A stretch of DNA of 64,000 nucleotides from Vicugna vicugna. Lineage: Eukaryota. A model generated the notes under the pieces. The model was not told where the DNA came from, searched no databases, and was given only the letters and a program-made list of their open reading frames with translations. The DNA lies in contig MU058796.1 of the NCBI GenBank assembly GCA_013265495.1, forward strand, positions 248,001-312,000. The letters are read 5' to 3'. The position numbers were made by a program, and so were the translations under genes. Shown piece after piece: positions 26,001 to 40,149 of this stretch (position 1 is the first letter of the stretch; each line of letters opens with the position of its first letter).

Positions 26001-26016
26001 CCCACTTCCAGGACCA
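26001..26016 (-). promoter_or_regulatory. Decayed tRNA-Leu primer-binding site of the ERV-L
   Basis: Minus strand TGGTCCTGGAAGTGGG immediately follows the 5' LTR and resembles the ERV-L PBS TGGTACCAGGAGTGG. Confidence 0.6.
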
Positions 26017-26749
26017 TCCATCTTAGCCTGGGTTTCCTAAAAACAGAACCTAAGAAAAAGATTCTTATAAAAGTGATTTACTGAGGGTGTGCTCTTAGGA
26101 GAAATGGAAGGGAGGAGAGGGCAAGGGAAGAAGTTAAGCAAGAATGTGTGTTCAGCTGAAAACTATGAGAGCCTTGTCCCAAGGGAAGCTCTGGAGCACC
26201 AGAGTTCAATCCACCCTTGGAGCAAGGGAGCCTGGAAGGGTGACCTTTCATTCTCTTTATATATCAGTTAACCATTGGCTGCTGGCAGCGCTGGTAGGGG
26301 AACATTCCAAGCAAAGCAGCTTCCCTTCTCAGGAGAAGAGGGCAGCTGTGAACTGGGAGTGAGTACCCCTCATAGCAGTTAGGGGAGGGGTCCTTCCCTG
26401 TTCTTCCCTTGCGGCAGCCCTTTTACCCCAATTAAGCTTTTCTTAGTAGTCTGAAAGCATTTTCATTAATTTCTAAGGGGTAGAAATGGGGTGATTAAAA
26501 TGCAAAGAATATTAATGATGCCTAAAAGGATGCCAAATAATTACTGTTAATTTTTATTATATACTTTTTTGGTTTTGCTGATTATCACTTTCTTTATCCC
26601 ATTTGTCATAACTGGAACCAACACAAAGTGGATGAAATTGAATGACAGTTTGGGGAGCAATTAAAGGAAACATGGGCAATACCAAGATGCAAAACAAGTA
26701 GCTCCACATTCTCGTATCATCTTGTGCTCAGTGTAATATAGTACAATAG

Positions 26750-26950
26750 CAATCTTCCCCCCTGCTCTATCCCATATCAGCTGCGTAAACTTCAGCAGGT
26801 TACTGAAAACTTTGTGCCTCAGCTTTCTCTGTGTAAAACTGAGCTAATACTACCATTTGCCTCATGTAGTCATTGTGGGAGGAACTGAACTACACACGAA
26901 AGTATTTACAACAGTGCCTGCTACATAGTACACATCTAGTAATTTTTAGC
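26750..26950 (+). mobile_element. MIR SINE
   Basis: 'tttgtgcctcagctttctctgtgtaaaactgag...acagtgcctgctacatagta'. Confidence 0.65.
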
Positions 26951-28147
26951 TTTATTATTGTTGTTGACATTACGTTTGTTGTGATTGCTGACTTATCTGC
27001 TGTTATATTTACATGCACACTATTTAATGCACCTTTATTTGTGCTGTGTGTTACAGACTCTTATTTCCTGTTAGTCCTGCACCTCAGAATGCTAGAAAAC
27101 AGACTTTAGGCTAGTCTGCTCTCAAGTAAAAATCCAAGTCTCCTTCCGAGATCCTATGGGAAATTCTGCAAAGAGCCATATGCTTGCGTCCCTTCTGTAG
27201 AGAAATAGTTGGAAGTGTACTTATGCTTCTAAGCAAAACCATGAAAACAATTTTTTCTCTATCCACATCTAAGATAATTATCCTTTAGTAATAAAACTTC
27301 AAGAGCCTTCAATCTTTGGTAAGGTAAAATTATACTTTAATTTTGTTGGCTTGGCCAACCATAAAAAAGAACCTTTAGAGAGTTTGAAAATATTCTGCAG
27401 ATTTCCATACATAGATTTGCAACTATGTATATAGAAACACATAAAGAATATTGTTTATTGTATATTTATGCACAATGCTTCAGGAGATTACAAGTTTCCA
27501 ACTTTTAGATTCATAAAAATACTTTTGAATTTACAATAATGCTCAGATAGCAAGATTTTTTCACCTTGGATCCACATGAAATATATCTGGTCCTCATAAT
27601 CGGTCTAGCATTTCTACTTCTTCTCTTCATCTTTATAAATCACTGCTCAATAAACAAGGAAATAGGAACCAAGCAACTAGGGAGATTTGGAAGAAAGAGC
27701 ACAATTATTTGACAAGTGAAACATCTGGAAAGGGATCATGGCCTCATTATCTTTCAAAAATAGTTAATGAAACTGTTCTTTAGTTCACAGAAGAATTGTA
27801 AGTGGAAGTGCTTCATCAAACATTAACTAAGAAAATGTATGCCAATGCTTTGGATAAGTCACGTTGTCATTTTGCTCCATAAATATTTATTTTGCAGATG
27901 GTTTTTAAACCTACCCATTTCCATTTTATAAGGAAAAGTTAAGTTGGTGTATTTATTTTAGATTATATTACAGAACTTTTCAACAGTTGGGATTTTTAAA
28001 AACATGAATTCAGTTCCTTTTCCTAGTTAAAGTTAGTGTTTTGAATTGAACAAATCACAAAGGAGTAGGATTTTCACACTCATCAGGTAAAAAGATTGGT
28101 CTCACCTATTCTGTCTTTTCCTTGGAAATGTAAAAATCTGTCTTAAA

Positions 28148-28588
28148 TAAAGAAGAATAAAATAATGCCATTTACAGCAACATGGATGGACCTAGAGATT
28201 ATCATTCTAAGTGAAGTAAGCCAGAAAGAGAAAGAAAAATACCGTATGAGATCACTCATATGCGTGATCTGAAAAAAGAGGTAAAAGAGGACACTAATGA
28301 AAACGAAAACAGACTCACAGGCATAGTAAACAACCTATGTTTGCGGTTGCGGGGAGGAGGGAAGGAATGGGAAGGGATAAATTTGGGAGTTTGAGTTTGC
28401 AAATGTTAGCCACTGTATATAAAAATAGATTTAAAAAATTTCTTCTGTATAACACAGGGAACTATATTCAGTATCTTATAATAACCTTTCATGAAAAAGA
28501 ATATGAAAATGAATAAATGTTGTATATTGCATGACTGGGGCATTGTGCTGTACACCAGAAATTGACACATTGTGTCAATAAAAAAAAA
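28148..28588 (+). mobile_element. 5'-truncated young L1 3' end (artiodactyl/camelid type) with TSD
   Basis: 'ataatgccatttacagcaacatggatggacctagagattatcattctaagtgaagtaagccag...gctgtacaccagaaattgacacattg' plus A tail. 16-bp TSD aaaaatctgt(c/t)ttaaa at 28132-28147 and 28584-28599. Confidence 0.9.
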
Positions 28589-28849
28589 TCTGTTTTAAAA
28601 AATTAGAAATCTTTTGAAATCCAGCTCTTAAGAAAAAAAAATATTTAAAATCAATAAGCTATTGAAAAGCAAAAGGTTTTTCAAAGATAATTAAACTGGG
28701 AAACTAAATTTTTTCAACCCAAATATGATTATGCCTTTCTGGTTTTAAAAACTCATTCTTTAAAAAAGCCTAATTATTTTAATAGGACTTAAGTAGACTA
28801 TAAGGAACCAGCAAACACATTAAATATCAATATACTGCATTGTGTCTAT

Positions 28850-29060
28850 TTGATTCAGTCACCAAACACTTTTTGAGCAGCGACTAGATGCCAGAGACTG
28901 TGACAGGTGCTAAGAATGCAAAAATGAAATGGTGGTGACTGCCTTCAGGGGACTCGTAGTCTAATGCAGGCGACAGCCACTTTGGCAATTATCTATAATC
29001 CAGGATGACAAGTGCTGTACTAGCAGCATCAGCTATGTATTGTGGGAGCAGGAAAAAAAT
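28850..29060 (-). mobile_element. L2 3' fragment
   Basis: 'attcagtcaccaaacactttttgagcagcgactagatgccagagactgtg'. Confidence 0.65.
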
Positions 29061-30573
29061 GACTGCCCAAATGTGGTTTAAAAGTGAGAAATGCCATAAG
29101 AACTTTTCAAGAACCAAGGATCACAAAGAGAGTCAGTCAGTATGTGAATGAAGACAGACAACAGCCTCTGTGGGAACAAATGTAAAGGAAAATTCTTAAC
29201 TGTAAACTCCCAGGAAAAATGGGAGTAGAGGCATTTAGAGAGCCATAAGATGTCGAGCAATATGCCTCTTCTAACATCTCAAGAGTATTTTGACGGGGCC
29301 TAAGTTGTGACTCTAATGACAGACCTCACTCTGGGCAGTAGTACCCCTGTAAGTGCTCTGAGTTTGCTAAATTTCAGTAAAATTGTTAGCAGTCACAAAG
29401 ATCGTAATTTCAACATGGCAGTCAACCACATGCTAAAACTAAATTTGTGCTGTGGTGTATTCAGTTCTGGGGCAAATGTGGTCACAATCAATTAATATCT
29501 AAGAAAATTACTGTGTGACAAAAACCGAAGTGAAGTGCTCAGCTCTTCATTCAGTTAATAAAACTCGTTGAGTCGGCAAGATATAATTACATGAACAATA
29601 TGAATGTATTGCTTTGGCATTTGCTTTCATGTCTCTTTAGGACATTGCATGTACTACCAACCATAGTTCTTTATCTGAGTTTTCATCTTTTACCCCTTTT
29701 TGCTTCCAGAATGCATAGATTTTACTTTTTTTCTAGACAGTTTTCTGAAGAAGGTGGTAAAAGTATATCAAGCAACAAAAACCTCTGGCTTGACAATTTT
29801 TTTTCCCTGAAACATTTCACACATGTGTGCTTTTGTTTGGGAGGTAAGACACAAGGTTAAATAGGTCTTTAGTTCTCTGCCTCAATATTCAACTTGCCTT
29901 TTGGCTGGTGAACAGACACTACTATGTTAAAATGCTGCTACTTAAATTCTTCCTTCTGTCTGTCCTCCACCTGTTTATGGGCAGTAAGTTGGTTTTGCCT
30001 TATCTTTCTGAATATTTGAATAACATGATTGATTTTTAAAAGCACTCTACAAAATAAAGATTTAAGTTCAGTCCGTGCCCTCTAAATTTATAATATAGTG
30101 AAAAGACACCTTCCAAACAAAGAAAAGATGGAAAGATATTCTTCCCTAGAAGTGTAAATGACAACAGAGAAAGCCAGTTGTCTCTTTTCTAATCCTTTGT
30201 CATTAACATCTGTTGTTTTGGGGAGAGGGTTATGTGGGTGTTGGGTGGCATTATAGCAGTAGTTGAAAAGTTCTCTTCATCTTGTGGTGCTAATTCTCTA
30301 CCTTTTGTCAATAACGTCCTATCTTACATTATCACTTTCAGATATTTTTATCCTTAGCTCATAGGTAAGAATCATATTTGCAGATATTTCATAAGCTTTA
30401 AGTTTGAAAAACACAATAGCAACAGCAATAACAATAATTAAAATATGTGAATTTATTTAATGTTTCACAATTTTCAACACTTGTACCTGTATTATCTCAT
30501 TTGATCTTCACAATAACCACGTGGATAGGTAGGCAGATATTATTGTTTTCATTTTACACATGAGAAAGTAACT

Positions 30574-31050
30574 GCTTTGATTGGGTTCCCCCCCAGAAGC
30601 TTACCCTAAGACAAGGATTCAAGTGCAAGTAATTTATTTGGAAGCTCATCCCAGGAAACACTGACAGGGAGTGAAAAATGAGACAGGGAATGGGAGAAAG
30701 CCAGTAAAAAGTGATTTTCAAGACAATTTCCAATTTGGCAACAGAAGCTCAGCCCTGCTGGAAAACTCTGAAAGATGGTGTGGAACACAACTCAGTTTGA
30801 GCCCAACCAAGGGACAGAGAAGCTGGGGTGTTTCTCCACCAATTCCGTATCCATCTTTGGTTAAAGTTGGTCTCCAGAGGTAACCACTCCAGGGTATTTC
30901 CACCTTGTTTTATCTGTAAACAGCATATTATTGAGACCAGAAAGAAAGCACTCAGTCCCAGTGTCGCAGGTGTTCACAGTAAGCAGTGTTCGGGTGCAGA
31001 GGTGAATGCCGAGGGAACATGGCGGGGCAGGACAGAGTCTGCTAACCACG
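30574..31050 (-). mobile_element. ERVL-family solo LTR (LTR33/LTR16-like) inserted into a MIR
   Basis: 'ttgggttccccccagaagcttaccctaagacaaggattcaagtgcaagtaatttatttggaag...gagacagggaatgggagaaagcca'. MIR halves lie at about 30420-30573 and 31058-31135. Confidence 0.75.
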
Positions 31051-34000
31051 CTCCGCAACGTTAGGTGACTTATCAGCCCCAAGCCATACCGCTAGTCTAG
31101 GCAGGGCCAGGAAGGGAACTGGGCCCTTGACTGTCTGATAGATTGCCTGATATTGTAAAATGGATGGCATTATTTGTGGTCAAAGAGTAGGTCAGGAGGG
31201 AGAGTAGAGAAGAGAGAATTTACTAAAACACAGAAAGTGTTCTTTGAGAAGGTCTTAACAGCAACTGAGGATTTATTCACCCTATACATATAATGAAATT
31301 ATTTAAAACCTGCAGCTTTTATAGCATGCAAAGAAGTATCAACACATGATCCTTTACATACTAATACCCTGCCAAAATGCGTTGCCAAGGTTTTCAGTCT
31401 AATTGGAGGCATTTTGCCAAGGACACTGGAATGAATTTTAGTACTTAAAAGTACCATAACACATTAAAAGGACATGTATATTGCAGAAAATTATGACACG
31501 CAAATGGTTAGGCAAACATTATGTGGAAAAGTCACAGCCAATGTGTGCATGTCACCACTTGACAGTCTCTCCACATCAGCATCATTCAGTTATCAGAAGT
31601 AGTCAGTTTTCGTGGTTGCGAAATATTTGCATACAGAAGTGAAGGTTTTCTTTTGGCTTACTCTATAAATGAAAATGGGGCTTTATGCATCTCTGAGTTT
31701 TCAATTAATGTTGTTGACAGAATGAATGGCTATTTATGCCAACCAGCCTTTCATGTTCATTCATGGTACACAATACCTAAGTCTTAAAGATCTCATCTAA
31801 ATGCCTCCCCTCTTAGGAGGGTGCTTATGGATTCCATTGTATACATCGGGTAGCATAAGGTTCAGTGATTCTATCTAATCAGCAGAGTGGACCTTACATT
31901 TTAGCAAAGCTTGCAGAAGCCTTTGTTCTGCAATGGGGCATTATCCTACAACCTCTGCAATAAGTCGAATGTCTGATTGTACAAAGATCTTAGGCACCAA
32001 ATGCCTGAACTTAACTTTCAAAAGTATACTCCATCCTTACCACCTCCCAACACTCAAACGGTTGGGAAAAAGATACCTACACAGGAGAATCATTTTCCTG
32101 TGTGTAGTAAATCCTTAATATACTCATCCATCTGACTGTGTGAACAGGGACCTAGCACATAGTTGGAGCCCAGTAAATGCTTGCCAAATTTAATCAAAAA
32201 ATAAGTTGCAAAAAACTATCAGCTTTGGCCATTCTGTGTTCTAAGATGTCTGTAATATGGTACAGTTTCTTAGAGTTAGAAGGTACTGCACAATCTCTTC
32301 AAACAGGGGAAGGAATGTATAAATATTATGAGAAGGGTGTTCATAGTAGATGAGTGGAACTCTACCTTTATACTTAGATTAGAAATGGACAGTTCCATTT
32401 GGTTTAGTCATTATTCATAGTAATTAAAATCAAAACAATAATTTTTCTCCTATACAGACTTATTGTTTAAAAATGAACTTTCACAAATGCATTATCTCTT
32501 TTTAGTCACAAATCAGCCCTATGAAAGATCTAAGGATTACTGTCTCCATTTTTCAGATGAGAAAACTGAGTAAAGCTTAAGTGATGTCCTTAAAGTAATA
32601 TATTTTAAAAGTTCAAACTACATTTCCCAAGTTTTGTGACTGTATAAAAAGTACAGGCATGTTTGTTTACTTCTGCAAAGCAAATTAAATGTGTAGTCAA
32701 TGCATTATTGATGTCTGTTATTTTAATTCCTAAGAAGTACATGTATCAAATTGCCTTTACAAGAGAAACTGTATTACAACTTGTATTTACATGTCACTTT
32801 AGTTTACATTTGAGTGTTTATTTTACTGCTGACTTTAGGAGAGTGATATAACGTGACACTATTTGCAAAATCTGACATGCTAGTGACTCTTCTGGAGCAC
32901 AGATCAGTGTTTGTACACCAGGGAACTCTCAGCCTGGGATGGGAATGTACCAAGACTAGAGGCTCCTCGTTAAAGTTCATGGGTAAACAAGCAAAGAAGT
33001 CAGACCAAATGGTCACCAAAGACCTTGAATTATAAACTAACCCCAGGGGCATTTTTAGACTTTTTACAACATTTGCCCACCATTTCTCAAAAGATTCTCA
33101 GCGGTTCTAACCCACCTCTAACTTATAATTCTTATTGTTCTTTTCACTTAGTATTTCTTTCACAAACAAGAAGGGGGATAGACCCAGCATAGACCCCAGG
33201 CGTCTCAGAGCTTATTTAGGGCACAGGCAGGGAGACGCCCTAGGCAGATATTCACAGGGCTCTCAGGAACTCCACCAGCAGTGGAAATCACAGCCTGATT
33301 TGCAGTTATATGCTATGACTACCAGAATTTTACATCTGGAAGAGAATTTAGAGATTATTTAATATAATACACTCGTTGAATAGATTAGGGAACAGTTTCA
33401 GAATTTGAATGACTTGCCCAAGTCAATGGCAAAGCTAGAGAAAAACATACCACTCAGAGTAGAATAAAATAGATTTATTTGTTTAAAAACATGAAATATA
33501 ATCAGGAGAGACTAGTGGTGAGGCTGGTGGACCACACTTCACAGCACAAGATTTCTAAGTAAATCTTGATTTACTTGGAAGCCTAGAGACAGAATACAAG
33601 TCAGCTTGGCCTCCCTGCCTAAATAATGAGGTTAATATTTATTTCTGAAAAGGCTTAGATCTGTCATCTGAAGCTTTAAATCATATCCATTCAATGCTGT
33701 GCTTAAGCATTATAGTAATGAAAAGGAACAGCCAGTCTGAAACACAGAGGCTGCTGATAGAAGCTGAAATGATGAGTGTGCTCCACCGTGTGCGTAGGTG
33801 ATCACTGGTGGGAGAAGGGCACGACTAGCAACTGCTTTCTCCTTGGTGCAGGGTAGAGTTGAGCAGGATGATTTATAAACCTCAACACACTGAAGACCAA
33901 AAAAATAAATCATTAAGTAGCATGGCTCATGATTCAACTCGCTTCCCCCACCCCCAACATGGGTAATAAATTGTGTGGGCTTTAATAATTTATAGGAGAT

Positions 34001-34658
34001 GTTGTTATAATATGAGAATATTAACTTTAGTGAGTCTTTTAATTTGCTTGTGATGTCAGTAGTGTGCTGAAGTGTTTCTTCTACAGGACAGCAGTACCGC
34101 TGGTGCACAATTGTATTTTGACGCTTCAGTCAGAGGACCCTGAAGACTGGGTGAGGCAGCTCACTTTAGCACTGAGCTTATCAATTTGGTGCATGTCCCT
34201 CAGGAATTACATGCCACAGAGAGAATTAAACAGAGCAGTTTGAAAGCACTTAGAATCATATTAGCACATTCACACACAGCCCTTTCCCCCATGTCCTTGT
34301 GGAACCATAAACTGACAAAGGCCATTTTATTTCTGCCCAGGACTACTCCTCAGGTTTGCTAGGAAAGCAAAAATAGATGAAAGAGAACATTTAAAAACTA
34401 ACAGAATGCAGCACCAGGAAAGCCACAGAAATATTCTAGATTCATCCAGGAATGTGGCCTATCTCTTCTTAATTAATAATGTCCTTCACAGATTCCCTCG
34501 GATGTGTCCTCATCATTCCACAAATATGTGACAACAGTGACCCTCTCATATTTCAGAAATTATTCCTCATTGTCCTGCCTACGTTTCTGTTCTGGAAGGA
34601 AAGAGCCGTATAACACTTTAGTGAACATTAGAACGCCCCTCTCCAAGGGTTGGGGGGA

Positions 34659-34708
34659 ACACACACACACACGCACACGCACACACATGCACACACACAC
34701 ACACACAT
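34659..34708. repeat. Interrupted (CA)n microsatellite
   Basis: CA run with CG/TG interruptions. Confidence 0.9.
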
Positions 34709-36927
34709 GACTGAGAGAAAAGGGAAGAAGGAACAGTTGAAGAAGTGATGCTCTGAGAAAAGAGAGTGCCTGGGTGACTGGACTAAAGAGGCTGAGAGCA
34801 TCAACAAGGCACCTTTCCTAAATTTTGATTTTAATCTAGAATCCACACATATAAATAAGACTTACCTCTTTTTCTGTTTCAAGCCAGTATCTCTCAATAT
34901 ACAGTTTTTGAAATTTTTAATTAAAAAAAAGAAATAGTAAGTTTGAGAGATTAAAAATGAAATGACCACCATAGACAGAAACCAAGAGGATGAGAAAGTG
35001 CAGGACTCATTGGTGGTAAAGTGACGAGAGTTCATTTAATATTCTAGCACATGATGGTAGGAGGTTAATGAATGGGTGGAAAAATGAACAGAATCAAAGA
35101 TAACACTCGGTCTCTCTTGCTCTTTCATGCTTCAAATGGCTATTCCTATGTCTTTAAAGTTTAATTGAAATAATTTTCCTGTGGCCTGAAATATTTAGCT
35201 TCTCTCTCCAAACCTCACCTGGATTCTCGCCAGTCGCAGTGAGCCATGTTCTTTAACCTCAGCACTTTGTGCTCCTTTGCTTACAGTTTCTAGCTCAAGG
35301 TTGGATTCTTTCCAAAGATGATATATGTGTGTGTGATGATATGTGCATTATAACACATAATTACATGTTTTCTCAAAACTGTGGATGCATGTCTATTCAA
35401 TAAATCTTTTTTATAACTAAATCAACCTATAATAGCATCAAGTCTATACGCCAATGCCCAGGCTGACCTGCAGGATAGCATACATGTCTGACATACAAAG
35501 GAAAATTTTGAAACTCCAGTCTTTTTAAATTGTTTTCTTGTATTTCACAGTTGCATCCTGTAATCAACCCCCAACATTCTGGGCAGTGCTCATACGTGGA
35601 CTATTACATGATAGTCTGTGCTATCAGAGAATGGAAAGCATGCTCAGAAAGAAAGGACAGTTGGGGAAAATATATTGTACTTATCAACATTTGACTACTA
35701 GTTGGTAGTCTGCTACTACTAGCAGTATTTTTTACCCCCAGCAAAAGAAAAGAGAAAAGCAAAGTCTATTCTATCAAAAGCTATTCCTCCTCCTCCCCTT
35801 TTCTTAATTGTGGCATGGCTTATTTATTGAAGTCTAAATAAAGTTAGTAACTTGGGAGGGCTATGTTTCATCTATTCACTGGTCAATCTTGCAGAGAACC
35901 CAATGTCTTAAACAGAATGTGGAGCAATTATTTTGGTTGAAAATGTGGGAGGAGAGCTGGAGAGCCCTGTGTTCAACTTTGCATGCAAAACTCTCTGTGG
36001 ACCGTGGGAGTTCAGTGAGATACAGCCTGAAAACTTTGGGTTAGAGCGTAACACAGAGGTAAGCACAAGTTGCATTCCAACAGAATCAAATAAGTGGTTA
36101 AGGTCAAAACAAACTATTAGAGTGACAAGCAACAGTACTAACTGCAAGCAGCCGCATCACAGTGTTGAGTTTTCCTGGGTGAGTACCAAGAACCGAGAAG
36201 CAGTGAAGCCCAGGACAAAGGCATTTGGGGATGAAACGCGTTCATTGCTAAAATTAGGGCAGTCCTGGACTGTTAGTGCCTACGGAGGGGACCCTCTTGT
36301 GAGGGTCCAGGTGATCAGTCAGATCATGTCTCTCAAGGCCGAGAGGGCAGTGGCAGCCACGGCAGCACACAGAGAGCATAGCTTATTAGGATCAGCCGGG
36401 CCATGTGTGGTTGGCGTTGGAGAGCTCTAGGTTCTCTGATGCAGGAAAGAGGGGGAAACAATGAAAAAGTATCGCTGTTATAAACCACAACCCAGAGGGC
36501 AAGCGTACAAACATACACCCGCATACTCTGAGAAAGAATTAATGTGTGTTCATTTTTATCACCGATATGTTCTTCCTTAGAGTACGTAACGAAGCACTTG
36601 CATATAATCTCATTTCAGCCTCCGAGATAGGAAATTTTACAGATGAAACTGAGCCTCCGGTCTTGTCACTCCAAATTTAGTGCCCAGTGTCCCACTAACC
36701 GCATAACCCTTGTGTATGATTTGGGGTCGCAGACGAGGACAGCGCAGGGGCAGCAATTCCTTCAGATGCTGTAGTGCCTGCCATCCAAGGTCAACACAGA
36801 GAGGCCTCCCCCGGGCTGCAGATAGTTTTGTATCAGCCCTGCCTGTGGAGATTGGGTCCTGCTTAATTACAAGGCTGAATTCTAAATGTGCTTGGTGTTT
36901 GTCAGGTCAGAAAGAGAGAAAACTATC

Positions 36928-37430
36928 CTGTCGGTGATCTACGTGTACCCAATGACAAACTACATTATTCAAGTGAGAAGAACAGATGGCCCCAAAACAA
37001 GACAGTTACGGCCCACAATTATAATAATCACAGTACCCAGTGGATCTCCAGGATATCAAGAGAGCAAGCAATCTAACAAGTCATCCCAAAGACACTTAAA
37101 GGAAAAGGAGTTTAAACTAAGCCCCAAGTAATAAAACAAGTTGAGACTCTTCTTCATCAAAATGAAAAGGTTTATTTCTTACTGTGGAAGGACAGCACCA
37201 TAGGGAGAGCGTATGGTGAAGAGACCATGGCCCCAGGCAGGACTTGACGTTTCTCTAGCTGCTTCTGTGAACATCAACTTTGTGAGCAAGGACGTTGCAC
37301 TGATTTGGGTTATCTTGGGAGAAACGTAACTTCTCCAGGGCTGATTTGTATCAGTCATTTCTGTCCCTTATTTCCATTGCCTACAGTCTGGTTCTATTGT
37401 CTGTGACGATTAGATTTTGCAGTCTTGAAA
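36928..37430 (-). mobile_element. Possible old LTR (family unassigned)
   Basis: TG start, 'aaaaggtttatttcttact' antisense poly(A)-signal context and LTR-like texture. No firm consensus match. Confidence 0.25.
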
Positions 37431-38039
37431 ATAACCATGCAAATTACCAAAATGTTTTCCATTTGAGACCTTATACATATTTGAATAACATCAACTCTAA
37501 GCTGTTAAATGGAATTAAATGAAATAGGCTAAATCTGAAGACTGAAATTTTAGAACTTCTGCAAAAGGCTCCTCTTCTCCCAATCCCTTTATTAATGGCC
37601 AATTGTAAATGACTTTCACAAATGGAAACACCATTTGTCACATTTTTTTGAAACAAGTACGGTACGCTACTGTCTTAACTCCCCCCACTCAATTTAAACA
37701 TCAAGATTTATAGCTCATCGTGAGCTCCTCTATCTTTCTGTTCCTTCTTTGTACCTCTCCAAATGCTCAAGCAGCTTTTTTTAGAATAAAGTGAGTTTGT
37801 ACTGAGCTCAAATTGAGAATTCTGAGACTTGACTTTCAAAAATTTGTATTCTCCCCTATTCCCTTGATGCTTTTCCCTCCCACATAGAGTTTGTGCTCCC
37901 CTCCTGTCCCAACATCATCCATATTCCAAATGAGCCTAATCCTGCTTTCAAAATTCCTACCCTGTATATCCTTGGTTTTGTTTTTTTGCTATTTTGAAAC
38001 CTTTTTGTATAATCTTGATTGGCTAGGAAAGATTTATTG

Positions 38040-38245
38040 CCACGTAGCAACCAATTACACTCAAAATTCCAAACTATTTCATTTCATTTGATCTTTCTGT
38101 AATGTGTGAGCAAATTTGGTCATCAGCAAATTGCTTTAGTATTTATTTTATCTGTATAGAGGAGAATGTTATCAATGATTATAGACACCTGATACAATTT
38201 ATATTAAGGCCAGTGAACACAATAGACTCCCAAGAAATGACCCCT
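38040..38245 (-). mobile_element. Ancient CR1/L3 LINE RT remnant
   Basis: Minus strand 'tttgctgatgac' (38119-38130) encodes FADD in a CR1-like sequence context. Confidence 0.45.
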
Positions 38246-38994
38246 ACGTAAAACACACACTCACACACATACGCACACACAGGTTTCAGTTTAGCTTCAA
38301 TCCAAGATCTGTTTGTTCTTGTTTGGTTAATTTATTTATACCAGGAACACAAAAATTTGGCTATGAACTTATTTTTTTTTCTCTTCCTATATCTTTACTT
38401 TCTTTTTCTTTATTTCTTCTTCTCTCTTTCTTTTTATCCCTCTCTCACACACATGTACATAGCCTTGCAAACATACATGCAAATGAATGTCTCAAGAAAA
38501 ACAATTGGGGGGAGGGTAGGTGTATGTTTGTGCATATAGCCTAAGTATTTCATCTATTTACTTATTCATCTATGGCTTTCATAGAAGTACTTGACCTCTA
38601 CAATCATGTGAGTAGAAAACCTCAGAGGAAACTCATGTACATTTTGCTATATCAAACCTCTTAAACAATGAAACACCCCTCAGTCATCTAACTGACTTTA
38701 TAAACAAAAGCAAAGCTTTCATGAAGTGAATCATTTCTATGAACTTGCAAAACTCAAAATTACTTCAAAAATACCATCTCTTAAGTCTTTAATTTCTAAT
38801 TTCCACAATTCTTAAGCTATTCTAGTTAAATTACCCTGGAGCCAGTTCCAGGAATGTATTTTCTCTGAGTGACTATGACTGTTAGTATATATATATATGA
38901 ACATGGAATTAATATTCATGCTGATGTAAGTTCCCCCAGTGCAACTTTGGGTGTCAAAATGTAAGTTACATCCTAGCTAAACCAAAACTATATT

Positions 38995-39330
38995 AACCAA
39001 CCAATTTATTAAGCATCTATTTCCTTCCAGATATTCATTAAACTCTGAGGACTAACCAGTGAATGAGATACATGTGGTCTTCATCTTGGAGTTTATAATC
39101 TTGTGGTAAATGGGCAATTAAATACATAACCAAGGTTGGTAAAGGAAGTTACAGCCAGGGCACCTGACCATGTTCTTTTAGACTAGGGATGGCTCAGGAA
39201 ACACTTTCCAAAGTAAATGTCAGTTAAGCTGAGAACTGAAGGATGAACGGCTGTCAGTGAGGCAAAACTGAGACCAAAGAGTTCCCAGTTGAAAGAAAAG
39301 CACATATGAAGTTCAAGGGGTGAGAAAGAG
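38995..39330 (-). mobile_element. L2 fragment
   Basis: 'aatttattaagcatctat...agttaagctgagaactgaaggatgaa'. Confidence 0.65.
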
Positions 39331-40149
39331 CATCCCCTCCTTGTAATTTTTCACCTTTGCATATATTCATATGTCCCTTATGTTAGTCAAACATTTGGCA
39401 ATGTAGTTGTATGCATTTTGGAGTATTTATATTTTAGGAATCTCTCCCAAAATATATTTGCCTAACTCTCTGACATGATTTGACTTTTAGTTAACTGAAG
39501 AGAATAAAAGAAGGAAAACAGTCATCTCTCTTTGGCAGTTACTGAGTTTAGAAAATTTAAGTAATTCGAATGTTTTAGTTTTATGGAAAAGAGACAGAGA
39601 CAAAATCCATTAAAAGCAGCTTTTCTTTGCCTCTCTCTCAGTCCCTAGAGTTTATTCTCAAGGGCATTCTCAAGGCCATAAACTCATGAACCTTACTAAA
39701 GTGAAACACCTTCCTAATATTTCTCCCAGGGCCGAGGAAAGGAAGCACTGAGCATGTGTGAGCATTAGGCTGATCTTTAAAAGGATGTAGTAAGTGGGTT
39801 TCACTGTACTGGCAAGTCTCATGGGTTCATTTTTTCTGCTACACTGGGTAGCACGTTCATATCCGATTTTCAGTGCATGATTGCTCCTAGTTATCTTGCA
39901 GTTTTCCTGCCTCAGGAAGGTTCAGCCATTCAGTCCATCTTCCCTTCTCTGGGTGAAGGATGGGTCAGAAGGTAGAAGCAGGCAGAGAGCTGCTTCCCTG
40001 GTTTGCCATGCACAAGGTGCACAGGAAGGGAAGGCTAAACTCTCATCCTAGCCTAGCTTCACAGGATACTGACAGCACCAGTGTTTTCTTTGTCAGTTTT
40101 GTAGCCACATCCCTTATGCTTTTCTAAAGCCTTTTTCAGAATTTGCTAA

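Larger units (their letters stand above)
21491..26395 (-). mobile_element. Decayed two-LTR ERV-L provirus (ERV3-16A3/LTR16-LTR33-like)
   Basis: Related LTRs at about 21491-21847 and 26019-26395 share 'gtgctcttaggaga' and 'ctctggagca'. A Leu-type PBS-like sequence lies at 26001-26016 and a PPT-like 'aaagggtagac' at 21848-21858. Internal gag/pol/dUTPase remnants are present. Confidence 0.85.

Noticed and set aside
33199..33239. Convergent BsmBI-like sites (ggcgtctc...gagacgcc)
   Set aside because: An 8-bp inverted repeat with no other synthetic or vector sequence. Consistent with chance.
35933..36430. Longest ORF in the track (165 aa)
   Set aside because: Non-ATG start, no recognisable domain and no clear splice context. 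Probably chance.
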